From positions 48,950-112,949 of the forward strand of contig JAJFHE010000013.1 in NCBI GenBank assembly GCA_021775755.1: a stretch of DNA of 64,000 nucleotides, given 5' to 3'. The position numbers and the translations under genes are program-made. This DNA comes from Hyphomicrobiales bacterium. GTDB taxonomy: Bacteria > Pseudomonadota > Alphaproteobacteria > Rhizobiales > JAJFHB01. Positions within the stretch are counted from its first letter, which is position 1. Each line of letters starts with the position of its first letter. Below the pieces are notes generated by a model. That model saw nothing but the letters and a program-made list of their open reading frames with translations, had not been told where the DNA came from and ran no database searches. Positions 36,026-46,657 of this stretch are shown here, piece after piece.

Positions 36026-36628
36026 ATGCTCGAAGTGCGAAAAATCGTTCACCACCTTGAAGATGTTCTCATCGAAGGCGGCAAGCCGGCAGATCCTCCG
36101 TGGCGCATGGTTGCCGTTGCCGCCGTCGTCTCAAACCCGTGGGCGGGTCAGGGCTTCGTTGAGGACCTGCGGTCAACGATACTGGCCGAAGCGCCGGGCC
36201 TTGGAGACATCATGGTGCCCCGCTTGCTCGAGCTTGCCGGCGGCGCGGACGCCATCGAAGCCTACGGCAAGGCAGCGGTGGTCGGCGTGAATGGCGAGAT
36301 CGAACACGCCTCGGGGCTCATTCACACGTTGCGCTTCGGCAACAAGTACCGCGAGTCCGTCGATGGCAAAACGTTTCTGGCGTTCTCGAACAAACGTGCC
36401 GGGCCCGGCACGGCGATCACCATACCGATGATGCACAAGCACGATGAAGGCTTCCGCTCGCACTATCTGACGGTCGAGTTCCACATCATCGATGCGCCGG
36501 GCGCGGACGAGATTGTCGTGGCGCTCGGCGCCGCCTGCAACGGCCGGCCGCACCATCGTATCGGCGACCGTTATCAGGATATGGCGGACATGCAGACCGA
36601 CCAGACGGGCAGGGCGATCAAAGAGTAA
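36026..36628 (+). CDS. Amino-acid-synthesis family protein (DUF1185)
   Basis: MLEVRKIVHHLEDVLIEGGKPADPPWRMVAVAAVVSNPWAGQGFVEDL matches this family; ATG 36026 inside ORF 35927..36628. Confidence 0.55.
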   Translation: MLEVRKIVHHLEDVLIEGGKPADPPWRMVAVAAVVSNPWAGQGFVEDLRSTILAEAPGLGDIMVPRLLELAGGADAIEAYGKAAVVGVNGEIEHASGLIHTLRFGNKYRESVDGKTFLAFSNKRAGPGTAITIPMMHKHDEGFRSHYLTVEFHIIDAPGADEIVVALGAACNGRPHHRIGDRYQDMADMQTDQTGRAIKE

Positions 36629-36638
36629 CGCATCCGCG

Positions 36639-37289
36639 TTAGTCTGACAGCTCGGCAATGAGCTGAGCAGTCGTCACCTGCCTGCAGTATCCCCTGATCT
36701 CGCTCAGCGCATTGTCGTGACGCTCTTGCGTGTAGGTGGCGCAGGCGTCGGTAACGAGGGTTACGAGATAGCCGAGGTCGCAGGCGTCGCGTACCGCCGA
36801 TTCAACGCATTGGTCGGTGATGAAGCCGCTGAGCACGAGCTGGCGCACGCCGAGGTTCCGCAGCACATAGTCGATATGGGTCGAGATAAACACACTTGAC
36901 GATGACTTCGGCAGCACGATTTCATCATCACCGGGTGCGATCTCATCGATCACCTTTCCGTCCCACGATCCCTTCGGCACGTTGAATCCGGTGATCTTGT
37001 AGTCAAGGCTGCGGTCGCGGCCGTCCTTGGTCAGGCTCTCGATCGTTGTGTACATGACCTCAATGCCGGCGGAGCGGCAGGAGGCTTGAAGGCGCTGCAT
37101 GTTGGGGATGGCGGTGGCGCGGATCGTCTCGAAAAAGAAACCGAATTTGGCATCGTGTTCGGCATCGCTCATCCCCTCGAATTCACCGCCACCGAGGTGC
37201 GCACAGAAATTCTGTACGTCGATAAAGAGCAGTGCTGATTGATCCGGTATCAGCGCGACCTCGCGGGACAATGTGGGATGATTGGTCAT
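36639..37289 (-). CDS. Isochorismatase-family cysteine hydrolase
   Basis: ALLFIDVQNFC...RQLVLSGFITDQCVESAVRDACDLGY catalytic Cys motif; 216 aa. Confidence 0.75.
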   Translation of the reverse strand: MTNHPTLSREVALIPDQSALLFIDVQNFCAHLGGGEFEGMSDAEHDAKFGFFFETIRATAIPNMQRLQASCRSAGIEVMYTTIESLTKDGRDRSLDYKITGFNVPKGSWDGKVIDEIAPGDDEIVLPKSSSSVFISTHIDYVLRNLGVRQLVLSGFITDQCVESAVRDACDLGYLVTLVTDACATYTQERHDNALSEIRGYCRQVTTAQLIAELSD

Positions 37290-38086
37290 TGGTTTTGTGG
37301 TCCTCCCGCCTCGTCAATGGTCGCTGGAACAATTGCCGCGATTGCGACGGCAAGCAACTCCGTCCAGCGGGCCCGGCTCGCTGCGCTTGCGAGTTCGTCA
37401 TTATGGATTTCCAGCAGCACATGCGGGATGCTGCGCCTCTCGCCGTGCACGGGGATTGTGTAATCGGAGATGTCCTCGATGCAATAGGGCTCGTTGAACT
37501 CGATGTGAAGTTCGGGAGCGCGCCCGCGCAACTCCGCCATCAGGCGCCTCGCAAGGGTTGCATCGCGGTTGTAGAGCAGCCCGGCGTGCCAGGGACGGTG
37601 GATCTCATTCAGGCGAGGGGTGAAACTGTGCACCGCAACCAGCATGTTCGTGATGCGGGTGTTCAGGAGTTCTTCTATCTGTGCATGGTATGGCTGGTGA
37701 ATGGTCTGCCATCGCGCTTCGCGGTCACTGTGCGACAGGTTCTGATTGGCCGGGACCACCGTGCCATCGCTGATTTCCGCAATGCAGTCCGGCGCCGCGA
37801 AGGGCCGGTTGCAGTCAATGACGAGGCGGCTGTAGGGCTGGATGACCAGCGGTGCGTCGAGCGCATCTGAAAGCCCGCGGGCGAGCGCCTCCGCGCCGAG
37901 GTCATAGGCGATGTGGCGTTCCATTTCGGCCGGCTCGACACCGAGATCGCCAAGGCGTGAGGGAATCCGGCTTCCGGCATGCTCACAGGTGAGGAACACC
38001 GGAGAAGATCCGCTTCCGTTCTTGATCTCAAACGGCTGAGGTTCGGAGGCACCCAGAAATCCGGAATTTGTCTTTTGTCCGATCAT
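37286..38086 (-). CDS. N-formylglutamate amidohydrolase family protein
   Basis: VFLTCEHAGSRIP...VAVHSFTP motifs of the FGase/HutG-like family; ATGA overlap with downstream isochorismatase. Confidence 0.65.
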   Translation of the reverse strand: MIGQKTNSGFLGASEPQPFEIKNGSGSSPVFLTCEHAGSRIPSRLGDLGVEPAEMERHIAYDLGAEALARGLSDALDAPLVIQPYSRLVIDCNRPFAAPDCIAEISDGTVVPANQNLSHSDREARWQTIHQPYHAQIEELLNTRITNMLVAVHSFTPRLNEIHRPWHAGLLYNRDATLARRLMAELRGRAPELHIEFNEPYCIEDISDYTIPVHGERRSIPHVLLEIHNDELASAASRARWTELLAVAIAAIVPATIDEAGGPQNQ

Positions 38087-38404
38087 TGCTAAGTTTCCCG
38101 ATGGTGAACCAGCTCATAAACTCATCCCGCAACTGATGGAGCACGTGCGCCCAGGATACCTCGTCCATTGGACGGAAACAGTTTGTCAAATCCAGCACAA
38201 TTGATCATCTTGGCGAAGAATTATTCCACAAACGCCGCAGTCTGATCATCATTACTTCGGGGCAGCTACGCACCGGCCAAGGGACATCGACCGGCCGTCA
38301 GGGAGAACTGTCGCGCATATGCAGGTACGCTCACGCATGTTGATTCCATGCCTGTTGAGATTGGCATAGACCGGGACATGACACCATGATTGCAAACGGG
38401 ATGA

Positions 38405-39724
38405 ATGAAAATGATCGGTGAAGAACTGACATTTGTTTGCTGCAGCGATGTTGCGGGCAAGGTGCGGGGCAAAAGTTTTCCGTCGTCGGATCTCAAGAAG
38501 CGGCTGAAGCGTGGAGTTGGCTGGACGCCGACGAATGTGCAGATCACCTGTTTCGACGCTATTGCCGACAGCCGTTACGGCTCGTTCGGCGATCTCGTCA
38601 TGATCCCCGATGCGGATACGTCGGTGCGTCTCGATTTCGATGACGGCGGGCCAGCAGAGCAATTTGTGATCGGCGATATTCAGGAAACCGACGGCACACC
38701 TTGGGAGTGCTGCACTCGTTCAATTCTGAGTGTGGCATTGCAGAGATTGCGCGATGTCACGGGACTTGAGCTCTTCGCGGCGTTTGAGCATGAGTTCCAC
38801 TTTAGCGACCTGGATTGTCCGCCGGGTTCGGCCTACACCTATTCAGGCTTTCGGGTGCGGCGCGCATTTGGCGAAGCGCTGATGGCTGCCATGCACGCTG
38901 GCGGGATTGCGCCGGACACCTTCATGAAGGAATACGGTGTCGACCAGTATGAGGTCACCATGGCGCCGGCCGAAGGGGTGCGTGCCGCCGACAATGCGCT
39001 CATCATTAAAGAACTTGTGCGGGTGACCGCGGAGCGGTTGGGTTCGCACGCGAGCTTCACGCCGCTGCGCGAGCCGGCAGGCGTTGGCAATGGTGTCCAC
39101 GTTCATATGAGTTTTCGCGATGCGAAAGGTTCGCCGGCAACATACGACCCCGATGGTGAGAACGGATTGTCCAAGGTTTCCAGCGCGTTCGTCGCGGGCA
39201 TTCTCAAGTACCTCGAAAATATTGTTGCGCTGACCGCGCCAAGCGTCATCTCCTACACGCGCCTCACACCGCACCGCTGGAGCGCCGCTTACAACAACCT
39301 CGGATTTCGCGACCGCGAAGCATCGGTCCGCATCTGTCCGGTGTCGGATGTGAGCGATGTCAAGATGGCGGCACAGTACAATTTCGAGTTCCGCGCGGCC
39401 GATGCGGCGGCGAGCCCGTATCTCCAGCTTGCAGCGATCGTGCATGCGGGTGTGCAGGGGGTCGAGGAAGGCCTAATGGCGCCGGTCGCCACGGAGGAGG
39501 ATCTGTCGCTTCTCACGCCCGGAGAACTTGGCGAGCGCGGAATTGTCCGCCTTCCCGAAACACTCCCGGCGGCGCTTGAAAGGTTTGCGCAGAGCGATGT
39601 AGCAAAGAGCTGGTTTCCAACCAACTTCGCCAATATCTACCTCGACCATAAACGCGGCGAGATCGCCTTCCTCGACGGCAAGACGATGGAAGAGATGTGC
39701 GCCTTATACGAGCAGGTGTACTGA
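38405..39724 (+). CDS. Glutamine synthetase family protein (GlnA-like catalytic domain)
   Basis: GS catalytic-domain motifs (FEHEFHF, GVGNGVHVHMSF, SAAYNNLGFRDREASVRI); 439 aa. Confidence 0.7.
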   Translation: MKMIGEELTFVCCSDVAGKVRGKSFPSSDLKKRLKRGVGWTPTNVQITCFDAIADSRYGSFGDLVMIPDADTSVRLDFDDGGPAEQFVIGDIQETDGTPWECCTRSILSVALQRLRDVTGLELFAAFEHEFHFSDLDCPPGSAYTYSGFRVRRAFGEALMAAMHAGGIAPDTFMKEYGVDQYEVTMAPAEGVRAADNALIIKELVRVTAERLGSHASFTPLREPAGVGNGVHVHMSFRDAKGSPATYDPDGENGLSKVSSAFVAGILKYLENIVALTAPSVISYTRLTPHRWSAAYNNLGFRDREASVRICPVSDVSDVKMAAQYNFEFRAADAAASPYLQLAAIVHAGVQGVEEGLMAPVATEEDLSLLTPGELGERGIVRLPETLPAALERFAQSDVAKSWFPTNFANIYLDHKRGEIAFLDGKTMEEMCALYEQVY

Positions 39725-39736
39725 CGCCGGCTGTTT

Positions 39737-41359
39737 CTAAATACTGTCGAGCGCGCGGAACCTTTTGGTCGAAATGCGGCGGCTTTGCACCGTGGTGCGG
39801 CGGGCTTCGGCACGCAGCGTCCGGCGGTCGATATTGCCGATGAGATCTTCAGGCAGCTGTTCGCGGATCCAGATGTGCTGCAGGCGGGCGTGTGGCGCGA
39901 GACGTTCGGAGATGTAGGCTTCGATTTCCTTGTCAGGCAGTTTCTGACCGGGCAGGGGCTGCACGTAGGCAACGCCGATCTGCCGGTTCTGATCGTCCGG
40001 GATGCCGATAACGCAAGCGCGCATGACGGCGGGGTGACGCTCGAACACGCGCTCGATTTCGCCCGGATGTACCGCATAGCCGCCACTGATGTAGATGTCG
40101 TCGAGGCGGCCGATGAGTTTCAGGTCGCCGTTCTCATCGATCGCGCCGACATAGCCCGTACGCAGCCAGTTGTGGCCATCGACCACATCCGACGTTTCCT
40201 CAAGGCGGTGGTAATAACCGGTCATGAGGCAGTCGCCGCGAATCTGGATGTGGCCCGGTTCGTTTTCGTTTGAGCGGCGCTCGCGGGTATCGACGATGCG
40301 CATGTCGAACCCCCTCGTCGTCTTGCCGATGACCTTGTCGAAACGCTGGCTTTCGGCCTCAGGATCGGAAAGTACAGCCGGGCCGGATGTCTCGGGCGTG
40401 CCCCAGCGTGTCGAACAGATGGCTCCGGTCTGCGCAAGCTTGTTGATGAGAGAGGGAGGGGCGATGCCGCCCGACCACCAGATCTGCTGCAATGACGACA
40501 GATCGGTTGCCGGGAAAGACGGCTCTGAAACGATACGCTGGAACATCGAAACTTCCTGGCCCCAGACCGTGATGCGTTCGCGCGGCACGGTCAAAAGCGT
40601 CTCCTCCGGCTTGAACCGCTCCAGGAACACCTGGCAGCCGCCGGCGATGATCGCGTGGGCGGTGATGCCGCCCTGGCATTCAAGATGGCAGATCGGGTAG
40701 TTGTTGATGACGCGCATCGGGTCGGCGAGGTAGATCTGGGCGGTGCGGCTGTAGACCTCGATGAAATTGCGGTGTGACAGCATCACACCCTTCATGGCGT
40801 TTGTGGCGCCGCGGATATAGACGAGGCTCAGAACATCGTCCGGCCGCACATGCGCTGCCGCCTGATCGACCCGCTCCAGGGGCAGTTTCGCACCGTCTTC
40901 AAGGAAGTCATCGAACGGTGTGGCGAAACGGTGGGTGGTGCCGCCGATGAGCACGAACTCCTGCGTTTCGGGACAGGAAAACATGATCGTACCGAGGTCC
41001 TCGGCGAGATCATGGCTGTCGACGACGCCGATTCCGATCAGCACCTGCGGTTTGGCGTCGTGGATGATCTGTTCGATGTCGTCGATGTTCTGGCGCGGAT
41101 CGGCACCGACGAAGATCGCGCCGATGCGCGCACACGCCAGCAGCATGACAAGGTATTCGGGGCCCGGAAACGCCACCAGCATGACACGGTCGCCGCGGTG
41201 CGTGCCGATGCGCAACAGGGCGCGGGCCACAAGGTCCGTGGCGCTGGCGAGCTGTTTGTAGGTAACGCGCTCGTGCCCGAACACACAGGCTTCCGAGCCA
41301 GGTGTCTCTGCAGCGTGCATGAGCGCGTAGTCCGACAATCTTGTCAGATGCGGCTGCAT
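39737..41359 (-). CDS. AMP-binding acyl-CoA synthetase / class I adenylate-forming enzyme
   Basis: AMP-binding motifs (YIRGATNAMKGVMLSH; TGYYHR; GDLKLIGRLDD), 540 aa. Confidence 0.8.
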   Translation of the reverse strand: MQPHLTRLSDYALMHAAETPGSEACVFGHERVTYKQLASATDLVARALLRIGTHRGDRVMLVAFPGPEYLVMLLACARIGAIFVGADPRQNIDDIEQIIHDAKPQVLIGIGVVDSHDLAEDLGTIMFSCPETQEFVLIGGTTHRFATPFDDFLEDGAKLPLERVDQAAAHVRPDDVLSLVYIRGATNAMKGVMLSHRNFIEVYSRTAQIYLADPMRVINNYPICHLECQGGITAHAIIAGGCQVFLERFKPEETLLTVPRERITVWGQEVSMFQRIVSEPSFPATDLSSLQQIWWSGGIAPPSLINKLAQTGAICSTRWGTPETSGPAVLSDPEAESQRFDKVIGKTTRGFDMRIVDTRERRSNENEPGHIQIRGDCLMTGYYHRLEETSDVVDGHNWLRTGYVGAIDENGDLKLIGRLDDIYISGGYAVHPGEIERVFERHPAVMRACVIGIPDDQNRQIGVAYVQPLPGQKLPDKEIEAYISERLAPHARLQHIWIREQLPEDLIGNIDRRTLRAEARRTTVQSRRISTKRFRALDSI

Positions 41360-41607
41360 CCGGAATCCCCGCGATCTTTCAGCATCATGGCTGGAAAGTT
41401 TAAGTCCGTCCCACGATCATTCTAGAACGCCTGCACGGGAATGGCACGCAATTCTGACGCATCCATTCCAGTCGAACCGGCGTATGCAGGCAGCGTTGCG
41501 GGACTGTCTGGACATACGGTGCACGCTCCCCACATTTATGCCGCAATGTGCGGCAATGTTCGCGAGTATGTCAGCTCGTGAGAGGGGCGGCAGAAAAGGG
41601 AGACACT

Positions 41608-42147
41608 ATGAAGACGATTGTCAGGACAGCGGGGATTGCTGTTGCGTCTCTGGTTCTTGCCGTCACCGTTGCCGGCGATGCGCGCGCTAATGAGCGTCAC
41701 GCCTATTGCAATGAGTACGCGCACAATACCGCCAAGCACGAGACCGGTGGCAATGCGCTTGGCGGTGCGATTGGCGGCGCCGCGACGGGTGCCATCATCG
41801 GCGGTATCCTCGAAGGCGGCGGCGGTGCCGGCGCCGGCGCCATTATCGGCGGTGGAGCGGGCCTCCTGTTCGGCGCCATCGGCGAGCGTCACCGTTACGA
41901 GCGCGTCTATGAACGCGCCTATGAAGACTGCATGGAAGAATACCGCCAGCCGTCACACGATTCGAACGCGGCATCTTACGATCCGGACGATGGCTATGCG
42001 CCGCCGCCTCCGCCGGAGACGACCGCCTACAAGCCCGAGCCCTGGTCGGACGAGTGGTACGCCTATTGCCGCGAGAAATACCGCTCCTTCGATCCAGATA
42101 CCGGCTACTACCTGGCCTATTCGGGGCGTTATCGTTTCTGCCGGTAG
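41608..42147 (+). CDS. BA14K-family secreted protein with glycine-zipper region
   Basis: Signal peptide MKTIVRTAGIAVASLVLAVTVAG; Gly-zipper GGAIGGAATGAIIGGILEGGGGAGAGAIIGGGAGLLFGAIG; C-terminal BA14K-like WYAYCREKYRSFDPDTGYYLAYSGRYRFC; RBS AAGGGAGA. Confidence 0.65.
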   Translation: MKTIVRTAGIAVASLVLAVTVAGDARANERHAYCNEYAHNTAKHETGGNALGGAIGGAATGAIIGGILEGGGGAGAGAIIGGGAGLLFGAIGERHRYERVYERAYEDCMEEYRQPSHDSNAASYDPDDGYAPPPPPETTAYKPEPWSDEWYAYCREKYRSFDPDTGYYLAYSGRYRFCR

Positions 42148-42257
42148 AAGGTAACCCACGCAGCGATCGCCCGGCGCAGTCTTGGTGACCCCTTACGGCA
42201 TGGGAGATGCGCGGATCAGGTCCGCGCATGACGTCTTGCGCGTGGCCGGCGCTGCAT

Positions 42258-45200
42258 TCAGGCGTCGGTATTTCCAAACCCCCCGCCCGACGGCGATTTG
42301 ATGATGATTGCCTCGCCCGCATCGATGACCGTCTGATCGCAGCCTTCGAGCTGTTCGACCGTGCCGCTGAGGCGCCGCACGGCATTGGCCCCGCATTCGC
42401 CGGGCTCGCCGCCGTCGAGGCCGAAGGGCGGCACGTGGCGGTGGCCGGTGAGGAGGGAGCAGTCCATCTTCTCCAGGAACCGGATGATGCGCAGTGTACC
42501 ATCGCCGCCATTGTGGGCGCCACGGCCGCCTGAGCCGCGCCGGACTCCGAAACTCTCCAGCAAAACCGGATAGCGCCACTCAAGGATTTCAGGATCGGTG
42601 AGCCGCGTGTTGGTCATGTGGGTGTGGACGCCGCTCGTGCCGTCATGGGTGGCGCCGGCGCCGGAACCGCCGCAGATGGTCTCGTAATACTGATAGGTGT
42701 CGTTGCCGAAGTTCAGGTTGTTCATCGTGCCCTGCGCGGCGGCGAGCGCGCCGAGCGCACCGAACAACGTGTCGGTCACCGCCTGGCTTGTCTCGACATT
42801 GCCGGCGACCACGGCGGCGGGGAACTTCGGCGCCAGCATGCAGTCGTCGGGAACGACGATATTGATCGGCTTGAGGCAGCCCGCATTCATGGGGATTTCA
42901 TCGTTGACCATGCAGCGGAACACATAGAGGACCGCGGCGCGGGTGACCGGTTGCGGCGCATTGAAGTTCGAGTTCTGCTGCGGGCTCGTGCCGGTGAAGT
43001 CGACGGTTGCCTCGCGCGCCGCCTTGTCGACGGTGATCGAGACTTTGATGACCGTGCCCTGGTCCATCTCATAGGCGAATTCACTGTCATGCAGGGCGTC
43101 GATGACGCGGCGCACGCTTTCTTCCGCGTTGTCCTGCACATGGCCCATATAGGCATGCACCACGTCGAGGCTGAACTGCTCGACCATTTTGCGTAGCTCC
43201 TGCACGCCCTTCTCGTTGGCGGCAACCTGTGCTTTCAAGTCGGCGATGTTCTGCACCGGATTGCGGCACGGCCATTCGCCTGACGACAACAGGTCGTGAA
43301 GTTCGCGTTCGCGCAAGGATCCGCGGTCGACCATCTTGAAGTTGTCGATGACTACGCCTTCCTCGCGAATGTCGGTGGCGCGCGGTGTCATGGAACCCGG
43401 TGCCATGCCGCCGACATCGGCGTGATGGCCGCGGCTTGCGACATAGAAGAGGACGTGGGTTTCCGTGTCGTCGAAGACCGGTGTGACGACCGTAATGTCG
43501 GGCAGATGCGTGCCGCCATTATAAGGCGCGTTCAGGACATAGACATCGCCCGGTTGCATCTCGGGGTTCTGCGCGATGATCGCCTCGACGCTCCTGTCCA
43601 TGGAGCCCAGATGCACGGGCATGTGCGGCGCGTTGGCGATGAGCTGTCCGTCAGCGTCGAACACGGCGCAGGAAAAGTCGAGCCGCTCCTTGATGTTGAC
43701 CGAATAGGCGGTGTTCTGGAGCGTGACGCCCATCTGTTCGGCAATCGACATAAAGAGGTTGTTGAAGACCTCAAGCATCACCGGGTCGGCGTGCGTGCCG
43801 ATGGCGGCTTCGCGTGTCGCCGCCTTGACGCGGGTCATGACGATGTGAAGCTTCGGCGTTACATCCGCCGCCCAGCCATCCTCGACGGTGATCGTGCCAT
43901 GCGGCTCAATGATGATGGCCGGGCCATTGACGCGCTGTCCGGGTTTGAGGGCTTCGCGGTCATAAACCGGGGCGTTGTGCCAGGTGTCGCCGGAGAAAAA
44001 CCGCGTCTCGGCGCGGGTTTCAGGCGCCACATCGCTTGCGTCGTGGTCGCGCTCTGTCGCCTTGGCGCCGCCGCCAAGCGTTTCCACTTCATAGGCCTCA
44101 AGCACGATGTCCTTTTCAGGCGTAATGAAACCGAAGCGCTGACGGTGGGCGACTTCAAAGACCGCGCGCAGAGCCTCGGCATCATGTTCGCCGACATCAA
44201 CGCTGATCGCCGTGTCCGTTCCGGCATAGCGCAAATGCGCGTGCTCATAGGTACGGGTATCCTCCGCGGGAATGCCCTGATGGACGAGTTCGGCCATGTT
44301 GGTGCGCCCGAGATCCTCGACAATGGCCTGGAGTTTTGCCACCGAGTCGGCATTCAGCGTCTCCTCGACCGCGCGCTGCCTGTTGGCGCGGATATCGGCA
44401 AGTCCCATGCCATAGGCGGAGAGAATGCCGGCGAGGGGGTGCACGAGGATCGATTCCATGCCGAGCGTATCGGCAATGAGGCAGGCGTGCTGGCCGCCGG
44501 CGCCGCCGAAGCATGTCAGTGTGTAGCGGGTGATGTCATAGCCGCGCTGGACGGATATTTTCTTGATTGCGTTGGCCATGTTCTCAACCGCGATCTTCAC
44601 GAAACCTTCCGCCACCTGCTCGGCGTTGCGGTCATCCCCAATGTCTGCGGCGAGTGCCGAAAACGCCTCACGCACTTCTTCCAGAGCGAGCGGCTGATCC
44701 TGGCCGGGGCCAAAGATGGCGGGGAAGAAATCGCGGTCGATCTTGCCGAGCATCAGGTTGGCGTCGGTCACGGTGAGAGGGCCGTCGCGGCGATAGCATT
44801 TGGGGCCAGGATTGGCGCCGGCTGAATCGGGACCGACGCGGAAGCGTGCGCCGTCATAGTGGAGAATCGAGCCGCCGCCGGCCGCCACGGTGTGTATCAG
44901 CATCATCGGCGCACGCATTCGCACGCCTGCGACTTCCGTCTCGAAAGTGCGCTCGTACTCGCCGTCATAGTGCGAGACGTCGGTTGACGTGCCGCCCATG
45001 TCGAAGCCGATCATGCGGTCGAAGCCCGCCATTTCGGTGACCTCCACCGCGCCGACGACGCCGCCGGCGGGGCCGGACAGAATGGCGTCCTTGCCCTGGA
45101 AGAGGTCCGCAGCGGTCAGCCCGCCACTCGACTGCATAAACATGAGCTTGGCGCCCGACGACCGCGTGTCGAGTTCGCTTGCGACCTGGTCCACATATCG

Positions 45201-45878
45201 GCGCAGGATGGGCGAGAGGTAGGCGTCCACCACCGTCGTGTCGCCGCGGCCCACGAGTTTCATGAGCGGGCTCACCTCATGGCTCACCGAAATTTGCGGG
45301 AAGCCGATGTCTCGGGCAATTTCCGCCGCCGCCGTTTCATGGTCGCGATAGCGGTAGCCATGCATGAAAACGATTGCAACGGAGCGGATGCCGTCATCGA
45401 ATGCCTGCTGCAGCCCTGTCCGCGCCGCTTCGAGGTCAATCTCCGTTTCCACCGTGCCGTCCGCGTGCACGCGTTCGGGAACTTCGACGACACGCTCGTA
45501 GAGCATTTCCGGCTTGACGATGTGACGGTCGAAGAGCTTGGGGCGCGCCTGATAGCCGATCTCCAGCGCGTCGCGGAACCCTTTGGTCACCAGCAGAAGC
45601 GTGCGGTCGCCCTTGCGCTCAAGCAGCGCGTTGGTGGCAACCGTGGTACCCATCTTGACTGCGGATATATCGTTTGCCGGGATGGTTGTGCCCTGGGCAA
45701 CACCCATGAGATCGCGAATGCCCTGAATGGCGGCGTCGGGGTAGGCCTCCGGGTTGTCGGAGAGCAGCTTATGGGCGCGGATTTCGCCGGAGGGATCGCG
45801 CGCGACGATATCGGTGAACGTGCCGCCCCGGTCGATCCAGAAGTCCCATTTGCCTTCTGCCGCGCCATCCCGTGCCAT
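42258..45878 (-). CDS. Fused hydantoinase/5-oxoprolinase (HyuA-like N-half + HyuB-like C-half, ~1206 aa)
   Basis: N-term [16 protein letters not shown] (hydantoinase A), C-terminal half matches hydantoinase B/oxoprolinase; start placed at MARDGAAEG. Confidence 0.8.
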   Translation of the reverse strand: MARDGAAEGKWDFWIDRGGTFTDIVARDPSGEIRAHKLLSDNPEAYPDAAIQGIRDLMGVAQGTTIPANDISAVKMGTTVATNALLERKGDRTLLLVTKGFRDALEIGYQARPKLFDRHIVKPEMLYERVVEVPERVHADGTVETEIDLEAARTGLQQAFDDGIRSVAIVFMHGYRYRDHETAAAEIARDIGFPQISVSHEVSPLMKLVGRGDTTVVDAYLSPILRRYVDQVASELDTRSSGAKLMFMQSSGGLTAADLFQGKDAILSGPAGGVVGAVEVTEMAGFDRMIGFDMGGTSTDVSHYDGEYERTFETEVAGVRMRAPMMLIHTVAAGGGSILHYDGARFRVGPDSAGANPGPKCYRRDGPLTVTDANLMLGKIDRDFFPAIFGPGQDQPLALEEVREAFSALAADIGDDRNAEQVAEGFVKIAVENMANAIKKISVQRGYDITRYTLTCFGGAGGQHACLIADTLGMESILVHPLAGILSAYGMGLADIRANRQRAVEETLNADSVAKLQAIVEDLGRTNMAELVHQGIPAEDTRTYEHAHLRYAGTDTAISVDVGEHDAEALRAVFEVAHRQRFGFITPEKDIVLEAYEVETLGGGAKATERDHDASDVAPETRAETRFFSGDTWHNAPVYDREALKPGQRVNGPAIIIEPHGTITVEDGWAADVTPKLHIVMTRVKAATREAAIGTHADPVMLEVFNNLFMSIAEQMGVTLQNTAYSVNIKERLDFSCAVFDADGQLIANAPHMPVHLGSMDRSVEAIIAQNPEMQPGDVYVLNAPYNGGTHLPDITVVTPVFDDTETHVLFYVASRGHHADVGGMAPGSMTPRATDIREEGVVIDNFKMVDRGSLRERELHDLLSSGEWPCRNPVQNIADLKAQVAANEKGVQELRKMVEQFSLDVVHAYMGHVQDNAEESVRRVIDALHDSEFAYEMDQGTVIKVSITVDKAAREATVDFTGTSPQQNSNFNAPQPVTRAAVLYVFRCMVNDEIPMNAGCLKPINIVVPDDCMLAPKFPAAVVAGNVETSQAVTDTLFGALGALAAAQGTMNNLNFGNDTYQYYETICGGSGAGATHDGTSGVHTHMTNTRLTDPEILEWRYPVLLESFGVRRGSGGRGAHNGGDGTLRIIRFLEKMDCSLLTGHRHVPPFGLDGGEPGECGANAVRRLSGTVEQLEGCDQTVIDAGEAIIIKSPSGGGFGNTDA

Positions 45879-46015
45879 GTCGATGCTCCTTGTGCCCGGA
45901 ATCCGGGCGTGACCATGTTTCGGTGACCTTGAAGAACCAGAAAATAAGGAGTACGTCAATAAATTATCGACAATGTATAGATATTATTGTACAAAGATGC
46001 AACTAGGGAGGCACC

Positions 46016-46552
46016 ATGATCCAGTCCGAATCGCAGGCGGAGACGCCACACCGCGAGCCGATTGTTTCGTCGTCGCATCTTGCGAACTCAGGCATGCCGG
46101 AGCTTTCGGAGATGGAGTTTGCGCTTTCGATATCGACGCATGCGTTCCATCGCTGGATCGTGCGCGGCATGGCGGCGGCCGGCGCGGAAGATCTCGGCGC
46201 ACTCGATGTGCTCATTCTGCACGTGCTCAATCACCGTGGGCGGCCAAAGCGGCTGGCCGACATCTGCCTCATGGTCAATCTGGAAGATACGCACACCGTT
46301 GCCTATGCGCTGAAAAAGCTTGAGAAGGCCGGTTATGTGGCGGGCACGAAACGCGGCAAGGAGAAGTTCGCCGAAGCCACAGAAGAAGGCCGCGCACTGT
46401 GTGAGCGCTACCGCGAAATTCGCGAGCAATGCCTGTTGTCGTCGATCGAAATGCTCAATGTCGATGCGAAAGACGTGGCGCGGCTTGCCGGCCTGCTGCG
46501 CGCGCTGTCGGGCCTCTACGATCAGGCGTCACGGGCGGCTACGTCGTTGTAG
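46016..46552 (+). CDS. MarR-family (winged-helix) transcriptional regulator
   Basis: DVLILHVLNHRGRPKRLADICLMVNLEDTHTVAYALKKLEKAGYVAG wHTH; 178 aa. Confidence 0.6.
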   Translation: MIQSESQAETPHREPIVSSSHLANSGMPELSEMEFALSISTHAFHRWIVRGMAAAGAEDLGALDVLILHVLNHRGRPKRLADICLMVNLEDTHTVAYALKKLEKAGYVAGTKRGKEKFAEATEEGRALCERYREIREQCLLSSIEMLNVDAKDVARLAGLLRALSGLYDQASRAATSL

Positions 46553-46657
46553 GCGGCGGGCGACCCCGGTGGGCGTCAACCATTGCAGCCGGTGCCACTC
46601 GACCGCATGTGCATCCTGTGTCATTTATGGTGCATAGCCGACGAGTAGAGCCCCGCC

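Noticed and set aside
43296-44825. 509-aa plus-strand ORF inside the oxoprolinase gene
   Set aside because: Antisense to a strongly conserved hydantoinase/oxoprolinase; artefact of high GC.
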